A stretch of DNA of 63,506 nucleotides, filler included, from Octopus bimaculoides (GCF_001194135.2; 5 parts of 5 records of this genome joined end to end with filler, not necessarily neighbours in it), one strand, 5' to 3'. Counted from the whole stretch's first letter, positions 39,277 through 51,950 are shown. The notes: generated by a model from the letters alone, not told the origin. Numbers and translations: made by a program.

Positions 39277-39528
39277 GAGACATTTAAGAATAGGGTGGTT
39301 GGTATATTTTTCATTGATGTAAGTGACAATGCGACTCAAAAGCCAAGAGTTTCGTACACAGCACTTACGAAACACACACACACACGTTTTATTGATAACT
39401 GCCAAACATTACAGAGTGACTCCAAGACGGAGAGTTTCGTGTGTTAGCACTTATCAAACTAGTTCCAATCAATGGATCACATATTGAATCACTCTGTAAC
39501 TTCTGTCGATTATTACTGAAGAAGTGTT

Positions 39529-40812
39529 TACACGAGATAAAAAGTATCAAGACTTGTGCTATAGGGCTTGCCTATAAGGTGTTATCCACCCCTGATTGGA
39601 ACTCTCCCGTATGACATGTACGCATGCTCAGTGACTTGCTTTAACAGTTGCAATCAGCTGAATGCACATTGCCAGTGACCTTTGACATAATTACCCACAC
39701 TCTGTGGTCAGGATTCTTTTTTTGGTTTGATGTCGGTATCGAAGGGATTACCAGACACCGGACAATACAGTGAGAGCAGCTTTCACTCACATCGTGGTAT
39801 TCGAGGCTGTGTACGTGTCTATCGTGGTAAAATATGCCACTCCTTAACTGTTGCTTTGCTTTCATCCGTAGCACGAGGTAATTATGTCATTATCTGTGAA
39901 ATTCGGCAACTTACAAAGATCTTTAGATCAGGCAATACTTCACCGAGAGGAGATATAAGCTTCTGCTTATTCCTGTCTGAAGTATCGTCCGATACTTCAG
40001 ACTTATCGTCCGATGAATTTACTTTGTTGACATTCTTCATTGACAGAATTTTTATTCCTTTCAACCTTTCAGTCAAGTCCACCTTTCTTCCAGTAACATA
40101 CTGTCCATATAATCTTAAATATTTCTTTAACTCAGGCACAGTAAGTACTTCGATAGCTGAATCATCAAGCTGCTTTATATCCATGATAAGACGTAAAACA
40201 ATAACAATGGCGTGGGTTAGCCTCCGGAAGTTTAATTATCTACATGGAGCGCCGCCTAGCCAAGGGAGATAACCTACTTATAGGAAAGCCCTATAAAAAG
40301 AAGACTACAGCACATATCTTCTTCGAAGCAGTCCCCTTCTGAAGCCACACACTTTATCCGGCATCATTTCCATTGATGGGAGTATTCCTGGAACTCCTTC
40401 GTTTTTGATAGCGAGCAGCTGCTGCCTTGTTGCAGTCTCTTGGATTTTTTTTATGTTTTGAAATCTTGTTCCTTTCAAGTAGGATTTGATTTTGGCTTGG
40501 TTTCGGGGTCAAAGCCATACACTCACTTTTCGTCACTTACTATGACCGTTTTCTAATAAAAGTTTTCGTCTTCCTTGTCACAACCAAGGTTATTATGTGC
40601 AGATGGAACCCGATCTTCTTCTTGAGACGACCACACTCTACACACTTTAGTTCCAAGCACTGCTATAAACAACGGGAGTCAGCGAAGACCTTATCACTTA
40701 GTATGCATGTTTGACAGAGTTCAAGGTCAATCTATGCCAAACAGTTTCACTCTGCATGCTTTAGCTCCGTTACCATAGCAACAATCTCGATACATTTTGA
40801 TTAAAGTTCGTA
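39529..40812 (-). mobile_element. Internally deleted mariner (third subfamily) split by a nested element
   Basis: Related TIRs at 39529-39555 and 40783-40812 (core ATCAAAA.GTATCGAGA). Coding remnants VIVSDEK*VYGFDPETK and LKGTRFQNI..QWK..KCVASEGDCFEED at 40300-40640. Confidence 0.75.
39564..40291 (-). mobile_element. 728-bp TIR transposon derivative encoding a SAP + SWIM N-terminus (ISL2EU/Kolobok-like accessory ORF)
   Basis: TIRs GGGCTTGCCTATAAGGTGTTATCC and (reverse complement) GGGCTTTCCTATAAGTAGGTTATCT, with TATA on both flanks. SAP motif LTVPELKKYLRLYGQYVTGRKVDLTERL (ORF 39882-40184), then VRCLVIPS..VWV..KVTGNVHSADCNC (ORF 39641-39874), truncated at the SWIM CxC. Confidence 0.8.
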
Positions 40813-41256
40813 GTACACACACACACACGCGTTTGTATATACCTACCAATGTAGCTGCATACATACACATACACACATACATGCATACATACATACATAC
40901 ATAGACAGACATATATAACTTGAGAGTTATTTCCCCTCGAATCTAACATAAATTATTTCACAATTATCGAACTCGTGTGAGGGAAAGAAACAAATAATTA
41001 TAAATAAGCAAATAAATAAAACTCCAGAACAAAAAAAAAAAAAAANNNNNNNNNNAAAAAAAAAAAAAAAAAGTAAAGAAAGTAAAAACGTTTGACACCT
41101 TCATATAACAAATGGAATCAATAATTGATTGGCAGTTCGAAATTTTAGTTGCTTTAACAGGAAGTCGTATTTCCAAACCACTCATGAATATTATTTAGAA
41201 GAATATTTCTAATTATTGTATTATTATTATTATCATTATCATCATCATTATTATTA

Positions 41257-41293
<37 letters not shown>

Positions 41294-41304
41294 CATTATT
41301 ATTA

Positions 41305-41388
<84 letters not shown>

Positions 41389-41743
41389 GTGCTCTACGTC
41401 GTTTTGCTGGAGAATTGATTTTATTTTAAATACACAAGTTTTATGATTTGATCATCATCATCATCATCATCATCATCATGGGCGACAGCCGCCATGATCT
41501 CTATTTCGTTTCCCTTCTTAAAATAATGATAGTGTAGGTTTTGTCGTCATTATTTTGTTCTATTCAATTTTTATTCATTTAATTCAATTATTACCACCAC
41601 AGTGTGTGTATGTATGTATGTGGGTGTGTGTGTGTCTGTGTATTTATCTTATAAAATCGAGCCTGGCCATTCGCCTCTGCAGGAAGACGGAAGAAAGACA
41701 GAGAAGTTAGTGTTTCAGTCAAGAAAGAAACTGGTGTGAGAAA

Positions 41744-41795
<52 letters not shown>

Positions 41796-42685
41796 TTCTG
41801 TCCTTTCTTTTTCCCCCATACCTCTCTCTCAATGCTCTTTCTCTCTGCATCTCTCTCTCTTCCTTTTGTTTTCTTTACACCACCCTCTCCACTCTGTTAG
41901 TCTCTTTCTCCCTGATATATCTGCCTTAATTCTTCGAAACGCTGGTGTTTTAATGGTGGCAGCTGATGAAGGATATGTTCTCTATGTGGCTTACTTGCTT
42001 TGTTGTACCTTGTTTATCATTTTGTCCATGTTCTTTTGCCTCGTCATGTACCCAGTTATGTATCTATATGTACATGTAGATGAAGGTATGTACATACATG
42101 TACATATATATGCATATACTCATATATTGTTTGTATATATNNNNNNNNNNNNNNNNNNNNNNNNNNNNNNNNNNNNNNNNNNNNNNNNNNNNNNNNNNNN
42201 NNNNNNNNNNNNNNNNNNNNNNNNNNNNNNNNNNNNNNNNNNNNNNNNNNNNNNNNNNNNNNNNNNNNNNNNNNNNNNNNNNNNNNNNNNNNNNNNNNNN
42301 NNNNNNNNNNNNNNNNNNNNNNNNNNNNNNNNNNNNNNNNNNNNNNNNNNNNNNNNNNNNNNNNNNNNNNNNNNNNNNNNNNNNNNNNNNNNNNNNNNNN
42401 NNNNNNNNNNNNNNNNNNNNNNNNNNNNNNNNNNNNNNNNNNNNNNNNNNNNNNNNNNNNNNNNAAATATGACTGTTAATAGTTTACATAATAGAGATAG
42501 AGTCGTATTTCACCAAATACACAAACTGATAAACCTATAAATTCAGTTCCAGACCTTGCAAGGTTGCCAACCACCCCCCTATTGAATTCTTAAATGTTTT
42601 GGGATCTTATCAACTTCCATTACATCAACTTAAGCAATCTTTCGGTATTGGTATTGAGATTGTCGGTATGAGAAGACGATGTCAT

Positions 42686-43092
42686 GCGATCTTTCGATAC
42701 CAGTACGAAATATCAGCCTTTTCCGTAAAAGTGTCTTCGGCGATCTTTACCAAAGATCGGCCTTTTCCGTAACACCCGCACGATCTTCACTAGGGTGTTA
42801 GGGTTATGGTTTTAGTGTCAGGGTTAGGGTTTTAGGGTTAGTGTTTAGGGTTAGGGTTATGGTTAGGGATAGAATTCCCTAACCCAAACCCTAAAACCCT
42901 AACCGTAACTGTAACCCTAAGCCTAAACCCTTCAAAAGAAATCACGCTCTCTGTATCTCTTTCACTTTTACGACGTCGTTTCCCTCTTTCCCTCCAACAC
43001 TTTTTACGGAAAAGGCTGATCTTTGGTAAAGGTCGCCGAAGACACATTTTATGGAAAAGGCCGATATTTTGTACTGGTATCGAAAGATTGCC
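42686..43092. mobile_element. Foldback MITE, ~88-bp TIRs, 8-9-bp TSD, central head-to-head (TTAGGG)n/(CCCTAA)n
   Basis: Arms 42685-42772 and 43004-43092 are inverted. CGATGTCAT at 42677-42685 and 43093-43101. G-strand array ~42792-42868, C-strand array ~42877-42930. Confidence 0.9.
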
Positions 43093-43794
43093 CGATGTCA
43101 TTCACCCTTTATTTCAGACTAGACTCTTTATCTATGTCATGAGGGTAGGTTGGGGTAGGGTGGGTTTGAACGATGTCTACCAATCCCAAAGCATTGCTTC
43201 AACTTCTCTTAAAAATAGGCACCACCATCTTATTACAACGAAGCAAAACTGATTGCTGTGAGACATTTTTGTTTAGGCAATTGTTATATATAAACTCTTC
43301 CTTCTGTTTCGTATATTGAAATTAAATTGAATACTCCTCTTTTGGCTTCTAAACCATACTTAAGTCACGTATGTGTACACACACATGCGTGCGCCCTGGG
43401 TTGTTGGATAAATTCGTTCGTTTATTTATTTATTTATTTATTTCAATCCACATTTTTATTCCATATGTTGGATATTTCCGATTTGGTGGACACCATTTTT
43501 TATTTAGTGTGTTTTCTACCGAAACACTTTAAAACTTCGTATACTTGTATATTTTGTCTTATAGAACAGAGAAAAATGTTTATTTTCGAAGTTATTTCAT
43601 GTTAAAAGTTGTCGATTTTCGGTAATTTCAACCAATCACCGACGTCTATTGAGGTGAAAACAATTACTGCTGTGGTTTGTCAACAACATGTGGCAGTGTA
43701 ATAGGATCTTTTCCCTTGAATAAAATTAGTGCCGTTGTTTGTCAACAACTATCGGTGGTACTGTTACTTATGACATCGTTCGTGCGTTTGTACT

Positions 43795-43993
43795 GGTTTT
43801 AGCTTTAGGGTTTTAGGATTAGGGTTTTAGGATTAGGGTTCGGGTTTTAGAGTTAGGGTTAGGGTTATGAGTATTTTTGCCAAATTTGGTGAAAATCTGT
43901 TCAATACACCACCACAAATTTTTCACCAAATTTGGCAAAAATACTCATTACCCTTAACCCTAACCCTAAAACCCTAACCCTAACCCTAACCCT
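43795..43993. repeat. Telomere-like palindrome: (TTAGGG)n - 29-bp perfect stem - 24-nt loop - stem - (CCCTAA)n
   Basis: ATGAGTATTTTTGCCAAATTTGGTGAAAA (43867-43895) is the exact reverse complement of 43920-43948. Confidence 0.9.
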
Positions 43994-43994
43994 G

Positions 43995-44270
43995 ATGAGG
44001 AAAGTGTGAGTTGCTCTTTGCATCTGCAATACTTGATCTTTGCTTCTTGACATCTGTTATTTTCCATCTGATCTGTTCCCTCAACGATGACATGTCACCA
44101 CTTTGGGAAATCCTTGGTGATTGAATCTTCCAGGTATTTGGGTCAACGGAGCTTTGGTGGAGAAGTGTGGCCTTGAGATGGACTTGGAAATGAAATTTAG
44201 AGACTCTGCGTGGTCTGGTGCTGAGGCCAACTCCACAAAGAGAAGTCGACAAGGGAGGTGCACAGAACCA
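43995..44270 (-). mobile_element. RTE-clade LINE ORF 3' fragment
   Basis: RPRRVSKFHFQVHLKATL..VDPNTWKIQ resembles RTE RP.G.PK.R.KD.LK..L....D...WE. Confidence 0.55.
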
Positions 44271-44965
44271 GCATGATGTCAATAAAATAAGTACCAGTTA
44301 AACACTGGGGCTCATATAATCGATTTACACCCTTCTTTGAACTTGCTGGCCTTGTACCAAAATTAGAAACCTATATTGGCCTAATAATCCCCATTAGGGT
44401 CCACAAAGACCTAATTTGATCATCTTTAGGGATATGAATGCCAAACATCATCATTGCCATGGAAACTGGAGAACCATCCTTATGACTTTTTGGACTTGAG
44501 ACATCACTTGGCTTTTTGTCTTTCTGATCCCAATAACAAAAACAGTCGAACCAGACATTTTCTTTCTCTTAGATTCCACCATTAACATCTAAAAAATTCA
44601 GTTAGAAAATACCACAATTATCTTAACTGGCATCTAAAATATTGATTTTGTTCCGCTAACCTTCCAGTAATTTCTTTTAAGCAGTTTCTTTTATTTTTAT
44701 ATGGGTTTTTTTTTTTTTATTAAATTTCAAGAAAAGAAAATATCGGCCTATATAAATACGGCGTAGAATTTTTGATTTTTATTTATTTCTGATTTCTGAT
44801 GAGATATGATAAGTATTGAAATGGGTTACGTATACTGTAAGGTCATACATCTTAAATAAATGAATATATGTATGTATGTGTGTGTGTGTACATACATACA
44901 TATATAAACATAAATATATGCAAACATGAACTTAAGTATATAATTACATATATGTATACAAATAT

Positions 44966-45176
44966 GGTGACACGTAACGTGCGGGTGACACGTAAAAGCA
45001 CCCACTACACTCTCTGAGTGGTTGGCGTTAGGAAGGGCATCCAGCTGTAGAAACTCTGCCAAATCAGACTGGAGCCTGGTGTTGCCATCCGGTTTCACCA
45101 GTCCTCAGTCAAATCGTCCAACCCATGCTAGCATGGAAAGCGGACGTTAAACGATGATGATGATGATGATGATGAT
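44966..45176 (+). mobile_element. SINE 3' part with Meta-like domain and RTE-type (GAT)n tail
   Basis: TGGTTGGCGTTAGGAAGGGCATCCAGCTGTAGAAA ... CGGACGTTAAACGATGATGAT. Confidence 0.65.
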
Positions 45177-45199
45177 GTGTGTGTGTATGTACATATATA

Positions 45200-45427
45200 C
45201 TCTTACTCTTTTACTCTTTTATTTTTTTCAGGCATTTGACTGCGACCATGCTGGAGCACCGCCTTTAGTCGAGCAAATCAACCCCAGGACTTATTCTTTG
45301 TAAGCCTAGTACTTATTCTATCGGTCTCTTTTGCTGAACCGCTAAGTTACAGGGACGTAAACACACCACCATCAGTTGTCAAGCGATGTTAGGAGGGACA
45401 AACACAGACACACAAACATATACACAC

Positions 45428-45460
<33 letters not shown>
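45200..45460 (-). mobile_element. SINE B/C 3' module running into a gap
   Basis: Reverse match to 12000-12207. Confidence 0.9.
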
Positions 45461-47108
45461 NNNNNNNNNNNNNNNNNNNNNNNNNNNNNNNNNNNNNNNN
45501 NNNNNNNNNNNNNNNNNNNNNNNNNNNNNNNNNNNNNNNNNNNNNNNNNNNNNNNNNNNNNNNNNNNNNNNNNNNNNNNNNNNNNNNNNNNNNNNNNNNN
45601 NNNNNNNNNNNNNNNNNNNNNNNNNNNNNNNNNNNNNNNNNNNNNNNNNNNNNNNNNNNNNNNNNNNNNNNNNNNNNNNNNNNNNNNNNNNNNNNNNNNN
45701 NNNNNNNNNNNNNNNNNNNNNNNNNNNNNNNNNNNNNNNNNNNNNNNNNNNNNNNNNNNNNNNNNNNNNNNNNNNNNNNNNNNNNNNNNNNNNNNNNNNN
45801 NNNNNNNNNNNNNNNNNNNNNNNNNNNNNNNNNNNNNNNNNNNNNNNNNNNNNNNNNNNNNNNNNNNNNNNNNNNNNNNNNNNNNNNNNNNNNNNNNNNN
45901 NNNNNNNNNNNNNNNNNNNNNNNNNNNNNNNNNNNNNNNNNNNNNNNNNNNNNNNNNNNNNNNNNNNNNNNNNNNNNNNNNNNNNNNNNNNNNNNNNNNN
46001 NNNNNNNNNNNNNNNNNNNNNNNNNNNNNNNNNNNNNNNNNNNNNNNNNNNNNNNNNNNNNNNNNNNNNNNNNNNNNNNNNNNNNNNNNNNNNNNNNNNN
46101 NNNNNNNNNNNNNNNNNNNNNNNNNNNNNNNNNNNNNNNNNNNNNNNNNNNNNNNNNNNNNNNNNNNNNNNNNNNNNNNNNNNNNNNNNNNNNNNNNNNN
46201 NNNNNNNNNNNNNNNNNNNNNNNNNNNNNNNNNNNNNNNNNNNNNNNNNNNNNNNNNNNNNNNNNNNNNNNNNNNNNNNNNNNNNNNNNNNNNNNNNNNN
46301 NNNNNNNNNNNNNNNNNNNNNNNNNNNNNNNNNNNNNNNNNNNNNNNNNNNNNNNNNNNNNNNNNNNNNNNNNNNNNNNNNNNNNNNNNNNNNNNNNNNN
46401 NNNNNNNNNNNNNNNNNNNNNNNNNNNNNNNNNNNNNNNNNNNNNNNAGTGTTCTGTGAGTGTGAAAGAGAGGGAGGGGTAGTGGGGGGTTAGTGTTCTG
46501 TGAGTGTGAAAGAGAGGGAGGGGTAGTGGGGGGTTAGTGTTCTGTGAGTGTGAAAGAGAGAGGGGGAGATGGTGGGAGAGGGAGGAAGGTAGAGAGTGCA
46601 AGCAGGTGAGAGAGATGGGAAAAAGAGATAGGGTGAGAGAAGGAGAGAGAGTGGAAAAAGAGACAGGGAGAGAGAGAGAGAGAGAGTGAAAATGACAGAA
46701 AGAGAGAGGTACAGAGAAAGGGAGGAACAGAGAGAGGGAAAGACAGAGGGAGAGAGAAATAGGGTGAATGCAAAAGGTCATGTGTATATGTGTGTTTGTA
46801 TAGTTAAAAGATAGTTTGTGTGTGTGTGTGTTTATGCATGTGTATATGTGTATGTGTATGACTTTGCATGTATATAAATATATAACTATGCCTATATTTA
46901 TGTATGTATGCATTGTATGTATGTGTGAATGAATGTATGCAAATATATATCAATGTATATATATATAAATATATATATTATATATATATGTATATATGTA
47001 TCTATGTATGCATGCTTGTATATTCATATGTGTTTATAGATGTAGATTTGTGTGGCATGTGTGTGTATAAATATTTTGTGTGTATATTAATTTAGAGGAA
47101 GGAAAAGA

Positions 47109-47146
<38 letters not shown>

Positions 47147-47365
47147 CAGGGTTTTGAGTAGTAGAGAATTAGGTGTATGAAAGAGAATGAGAGAGAAAGT
47201 GTGAGAGAGAAAGAGTGAGAGAAAGTGAGAGACAAAGAGAGACAGATAGAAAGGGAGATTGTATGTGTGTGAGAGAGAGGGAGAAAGAGAAAGTGTGTAT
47301 GTGTGTGAATTGTAAGAGAGTGGCACTGTGATGTGAGAGAAAGAGAGAGGAATAAAAAGTATGTA

Positions 47366-47440
<75 letters not shown>

Positions 47441-47606
47441 CTATCTCTCTCTCTATATATATATACCCATCCATTTCCATGTAAGTATATATATATATAT
47501 ATATGTATATATGCACACACATATACATACCTATATAGCTATATGTAGATATAGCCATATGTAATAGAGAGGGCCCAAGAAAACAAAGAGGAATAGGAGA
47601 AACACA

Positions 47607-47655
<49 letters not shown>

Positions 47656-47822
47656 TGCACAAAATACACACATATTTATATATGTATATGTATATATCTG
47701 TGTGTATTTATATGTATATGTGTGTGTTGTGTGCATGTATATATATATATATATATATATANNNNNNNNNNGTATATGTATATATCTGTGTGTATTTATA
47801 TGTATATGTGTGTGTTGTGTGC

Positions 47823-47867
<45 letters not shown>

Positions 47868-48018
47868 CAGAGAGAGAGAGAGAGAGAGAAAGTGTGTGTG
47901 TGTGTGTGTGTATATTCATACATACATACATATATCTATGCACACACACGCACACTTATGTATACATGAATGTCTATGCATACATGCATACATACATATA
48001 TATATATATATATGCATG

Positions 48019-48053
<35 letters not shown>

Positions 48054-48920
48054 ATACACATATATATATACATATATATGTATACATATATATATACATA
48101 CATACATATATATACACATATATATGCACATATATATATATGTATATATATGCATATATATATATATGTATATATATGCACACACACACACATATATACA
48201 TATATATATTTATATGTATATACACACACACATACATACATACACTTACACACACACACATACACTTACATACACACACATATTATTTTCATGTTACGTC
48301 CTTGTGTATTGAGTTCATACAGCCTTCTGTAGTTGTTTGTCATTTCACTTGTTTATCATTTGTAGCGTGTTTTTTTTTAACTATTTTTATTTTTTACCTA
48401 CTTTTATTTTTACAAAGAAAACATTATTTTGATTTACGATTTTGTTTTTTATGTTTTTTTTCAATGTTATTTGTTTACTTCATTATTATAACTTTTTACT
48501 TTGTTTTTGTTTTTAATATTTTCCACATTAATTTATTTATTATCGTTTAGCCCTAGGCCAGGTTTGTCTGAGTTGGCTGATGATCAAAGGCATTCTTGCC
48601 ATGCGACTCCTGCTATTTTTTTTGTTTGTTTTTCTTTTTCCTCAGATGTTAGGGGTTAAGAAGCTTGGTGCGCAACCCTGGGGTTTCAGATTCAGTCTCA
48701 CAACAACACCCCTTGACCTTCTAGTACTTGCCTCCAGCCGACCAACTTTTTGAGGGGAATTTGATAGAAATAAACAGCATCGACACCCATTTTGTCTGTG
48801 CGAGTGTGTTTCTGTGTGTATGTGCGTGTGTGTATGTGTGTGTGTGGAACGAAGCCCAGAGTTGGATCTATAGTTTAAATTGGATTTGGTACTTACACAT
48901 GCACAGTATCCTTTTATTGT

Positions 48921-49361
48921 CCGTGGCCATGCTGGAGCACCGCCTTTAGCCGAACAAACTAACCCCCAGGACTTATTCTTTGTAAGCCGACTACCTATTC
49001 TATCAGGTTCTTCAGCCGAACTGCTAGGTTACGGGTACGTAAACACACCAGCATTGGTTGTCAAGCGATGGTGTAGGGGACAGACGTAGACACAAATACA
49101 TACCCATATATATATAAAATTCTTTATTGTCCACAAGGGGCTACACACAGAGGGGACAAACAAGGACGGACAAAGGGACTAAGTCGATTACATCGACTCC
49201 AGTGCGTAGCTGGTACTTATTTAATCGACCCCGAAAAAGAATGAAAGGCAAAGTCTACCTCGACGGAATTTGAACTCAGAACGTAGTGGCAGGCGAACTA
49301 CCGTTAAGCATTTCGCCCGGCGTGCTAACGATTCTGCCAGCTTGCCATCTTAATATATATA

Positions 49362-49428
<67 letters not shown>

Positions 49429-49590
49429 GACAGGCTTCTTTCAGTTTCTGTCTATCAAATCCACTCACAAGGCTTTGGTCGGCCTGAGACTATAGTAGAA
49501 GACACTTGCCCATGGTGCCACACAGTGGTACTGAACTCAGAACCATGTGGTTGGAAAGCAAGCTTCTTACCACACAACCACTCCTGTGTA
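48921..49590 (-). mobile_element. SINE B/C with a family-A SINE (49121-49351, minus) nested in its central (TA)n
   Basis: C module 48921-49105, family-A copy, (TA)n, B head 49429-49590. Confidence 0.85.
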
Positions 49591-49859
49591 TAAACCGGCC
49601 ATATCAAGCTAAAACATTCTACCAGTTCTTTGTCAAGCTAACCAGATCCAGCTTTTTAGACTTACTCCTCATTCTAAAAGTAAAACAATCACATCTTCGA
49701 AATCTCAAAGCTACGAGATAATGCATAATTAATTTAAAACAATATGAATAAATAAGCTTTACATTTAACAGAAAAATCTAAATACTAAAAGGTTAACATA
49801 ACAAATTCTCTCTTTTTATTCAACCAACTCTCTATGAAAAGAATGGGCTTTTTTTTTTC

Positions 49860-50127
49860 TGCTCGTGGCCTAATGGTCAAGGTGTTGCCTCATGATTATA
49901 AGATAGTGGTTTCAATTCTTGGATTGGATAGTGCATTGCTTTCGTTGAACAGAACACTTCCTTTCATGTTGATCTACTTCACTCAAGTAGGTGAAAATGA
50001 GTTTTAGCAATAGCTGGGGAGTTAACCCTGTGAGGGACTGGCATCCCATTCAAGTGGAATATTGTAATCTCACTCACTTATATACCATGGAAACTGAGTG
50101 AAGTGCTGGCCTTATGAGTCCTGGGCA
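49860..50127 (+). mobile_element. Old tRNA/CORE-type SINE
   Basis: TGGCCTAATGG..GGTTTCAATTC head, CORE-like middle, tail CCATGGAAACTG..GGCCTTATGAG. Confidence 0.55.
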
Positions 50128-50129
50128 CC

Positions 50130-50690
50130 CACCCCGCCGTCTCCCATTCCCATTTCCCTTCACCTACCACTCCACCACCCTACCTCTCCAATACACCATT
50201 CTCCGAGCCTTCTGGCAACTCCAGTCCAGCTCCGCCACTTCGCACATCTCTCCTAACTAACCCTCCTTCAAACGAGCCCACAACCTACGAGACTTCTTGG
50301 TCCACAGCTTCTTCCTTAACCCAACCTCCCAACCCAGCTCATTCCCCTGCTCCTGCCCATGCTGCCACACTTCCCCTTACCTCTCCTACACCACTCTCCT
50401 CACCAGCACCCATCATCAACCCTATCATATCATTGACTCCTTCACCTGCACTTCTATCAATGTCATCTACTGCATCTCCTGCTCTCTTTCTGCCCTTCTC
50501 TATACATCGGGCAAATGGGATGCCGCTTGGCTGACCAGTTCGTGGAACACCTCCAAGACATCTGACTCGGCAATGACACCCCAATCTCACACCATTTCCG
50601 CTCTACCGGTCACTCTTTGCAACACCTGTCTGTGTTCGGATTGTCCTTGCACAGGGGCCATCCGGACTCCCGTTTGGGTACTGTATTTAT
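50130..50690 (+). mobile_element. Penelope-like element, linker + GIY-YIG endonuclease, frameshifted
   Basis: FKRAHNLRDFLVH..FTCTSINVIYCISC..LY/IGQMGCRLADQFVEHLQDI..PISHHF..GHS. Confidence 0.9.
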
Positions 50691-50922
50691 ACATGTTGGA
50701 AAGCTGGATGTAGGTCAGAGAACAGCTGGAGGTAAAGGCATTTATCTCTGTTGAATTGTATTTAACTTAAGAATGATAACTTACACAGTAGAACTTATCT
50801 AAGCATGACAGTTGGCTCTCATGAATTTCTAAGCGCTAATGTTGAGAACAGTAGGAAGGAACTCAAAGAAAAATCTTGGCTTAGGTTTCAAATCCTGGCT
50901 AAGAATATAGGAAGTGATTTGC

Positions 50923-50970
<48 letters not shown>

Positions 50971-51536
50971 CACATGCACACACTAATACACACACACAAA
51001 CATTAGTTGCATTTCTTAGGTCCATTAACATATGGCGTGGATTTTTCTGTGATTTTTCCATTTCATTGCACGTGGCAAAGAATTGGTCTGCAAACTCCAT
51101 ATGTGGCTATCCAACTTATTGATTTTACTTTTGTCCAGGTGCCAGAAAGAAGATAAGTGGTTTGCACAGCACCATTTGAAGTTGCCTTTGCATAACCAAA
51201 TGTTATCCTTCTTTTCACTGAGGTTATCATGTAGCATTGTTGTAACTTCTGTTTCATATAAGACAGAGTTTATTATATTCACATAGAGCGCCTAGTATCC
51301 TGAGTTGTAAATTGTATAGTCTGTGTGCTCAGAGTCTCAGATTGCTTGGAAACATGAAGCATGCTATTAAAACTAGCCTAGACTACATCTCCAATGCATG
51401 AAACTCCAATGCATGAAACTCCAATGCAGTACTTTGTAACTGTATACTGTGTACATTAAATAGTATTTATTTCTCTGGATGGAGTACTGTCTTCATTGAG
51501 CTTACTTTAACAGAAAAGAAAACTTTATATTCATAT

Positions 51537-51950
51537 AGGTGCAAGAGTGGCTGTGTGGTAAGTAGCTTGCTTACCAGCCACATGGTTACGGGTTCAGTCC
51601 CACTGCATGGCACCTTGGGCAGGTGTCTTCTACTATAGCCTCGGGCCGACCAAAGCCTTGTGAGTGGATTTGGTAGACGGAAACTGAAAGAAGCCCGTCG
51701 TATATATGTATATATATGTTTGTATGTCTGTTTTTGTTCCCCCAGTACCACTTGACAAACAATGTTGGTGTGTTTACGTCCCTGTAACTTAGTGGTTCGG
51801 CAAAAGAGACCGATAGAATAAGTACTAGGCTAACAAAGAATAAGTACTAGGCTAACAAAGAATAAGTCCTGGGGTTGATTTGCTTGACTAAAGGCGGTGC
51901 TCCAGCATGGTCGCAGTCAAAGGACTGAAACAAATAAAAGAATAAAATAA
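51537..51950 (+). mobile_element. Full-length SINE B/C with an internal 22-bp duplication
   Basis: Matches 11808-12207; GAATAAGTACTAGGCTAACAAA occurs twice. Confidence 0.9.

Noticed and set aside
47539-48550. 282-aa and other YI/HT/CV-rich ORFs
   Set aside because: Translations of (TA)n/(CA)n/(TG)n microsatellite. The near-duplicate on either side of the 10-N gap at 47762 is probably contig overlap.
51025-51282. Minus-strand W/C-containing ORF with possible splice sites; also ORF 61174-61452
   Set aside because: No recognisable domain, several frames are open, and it cannot be distinguished from chance.
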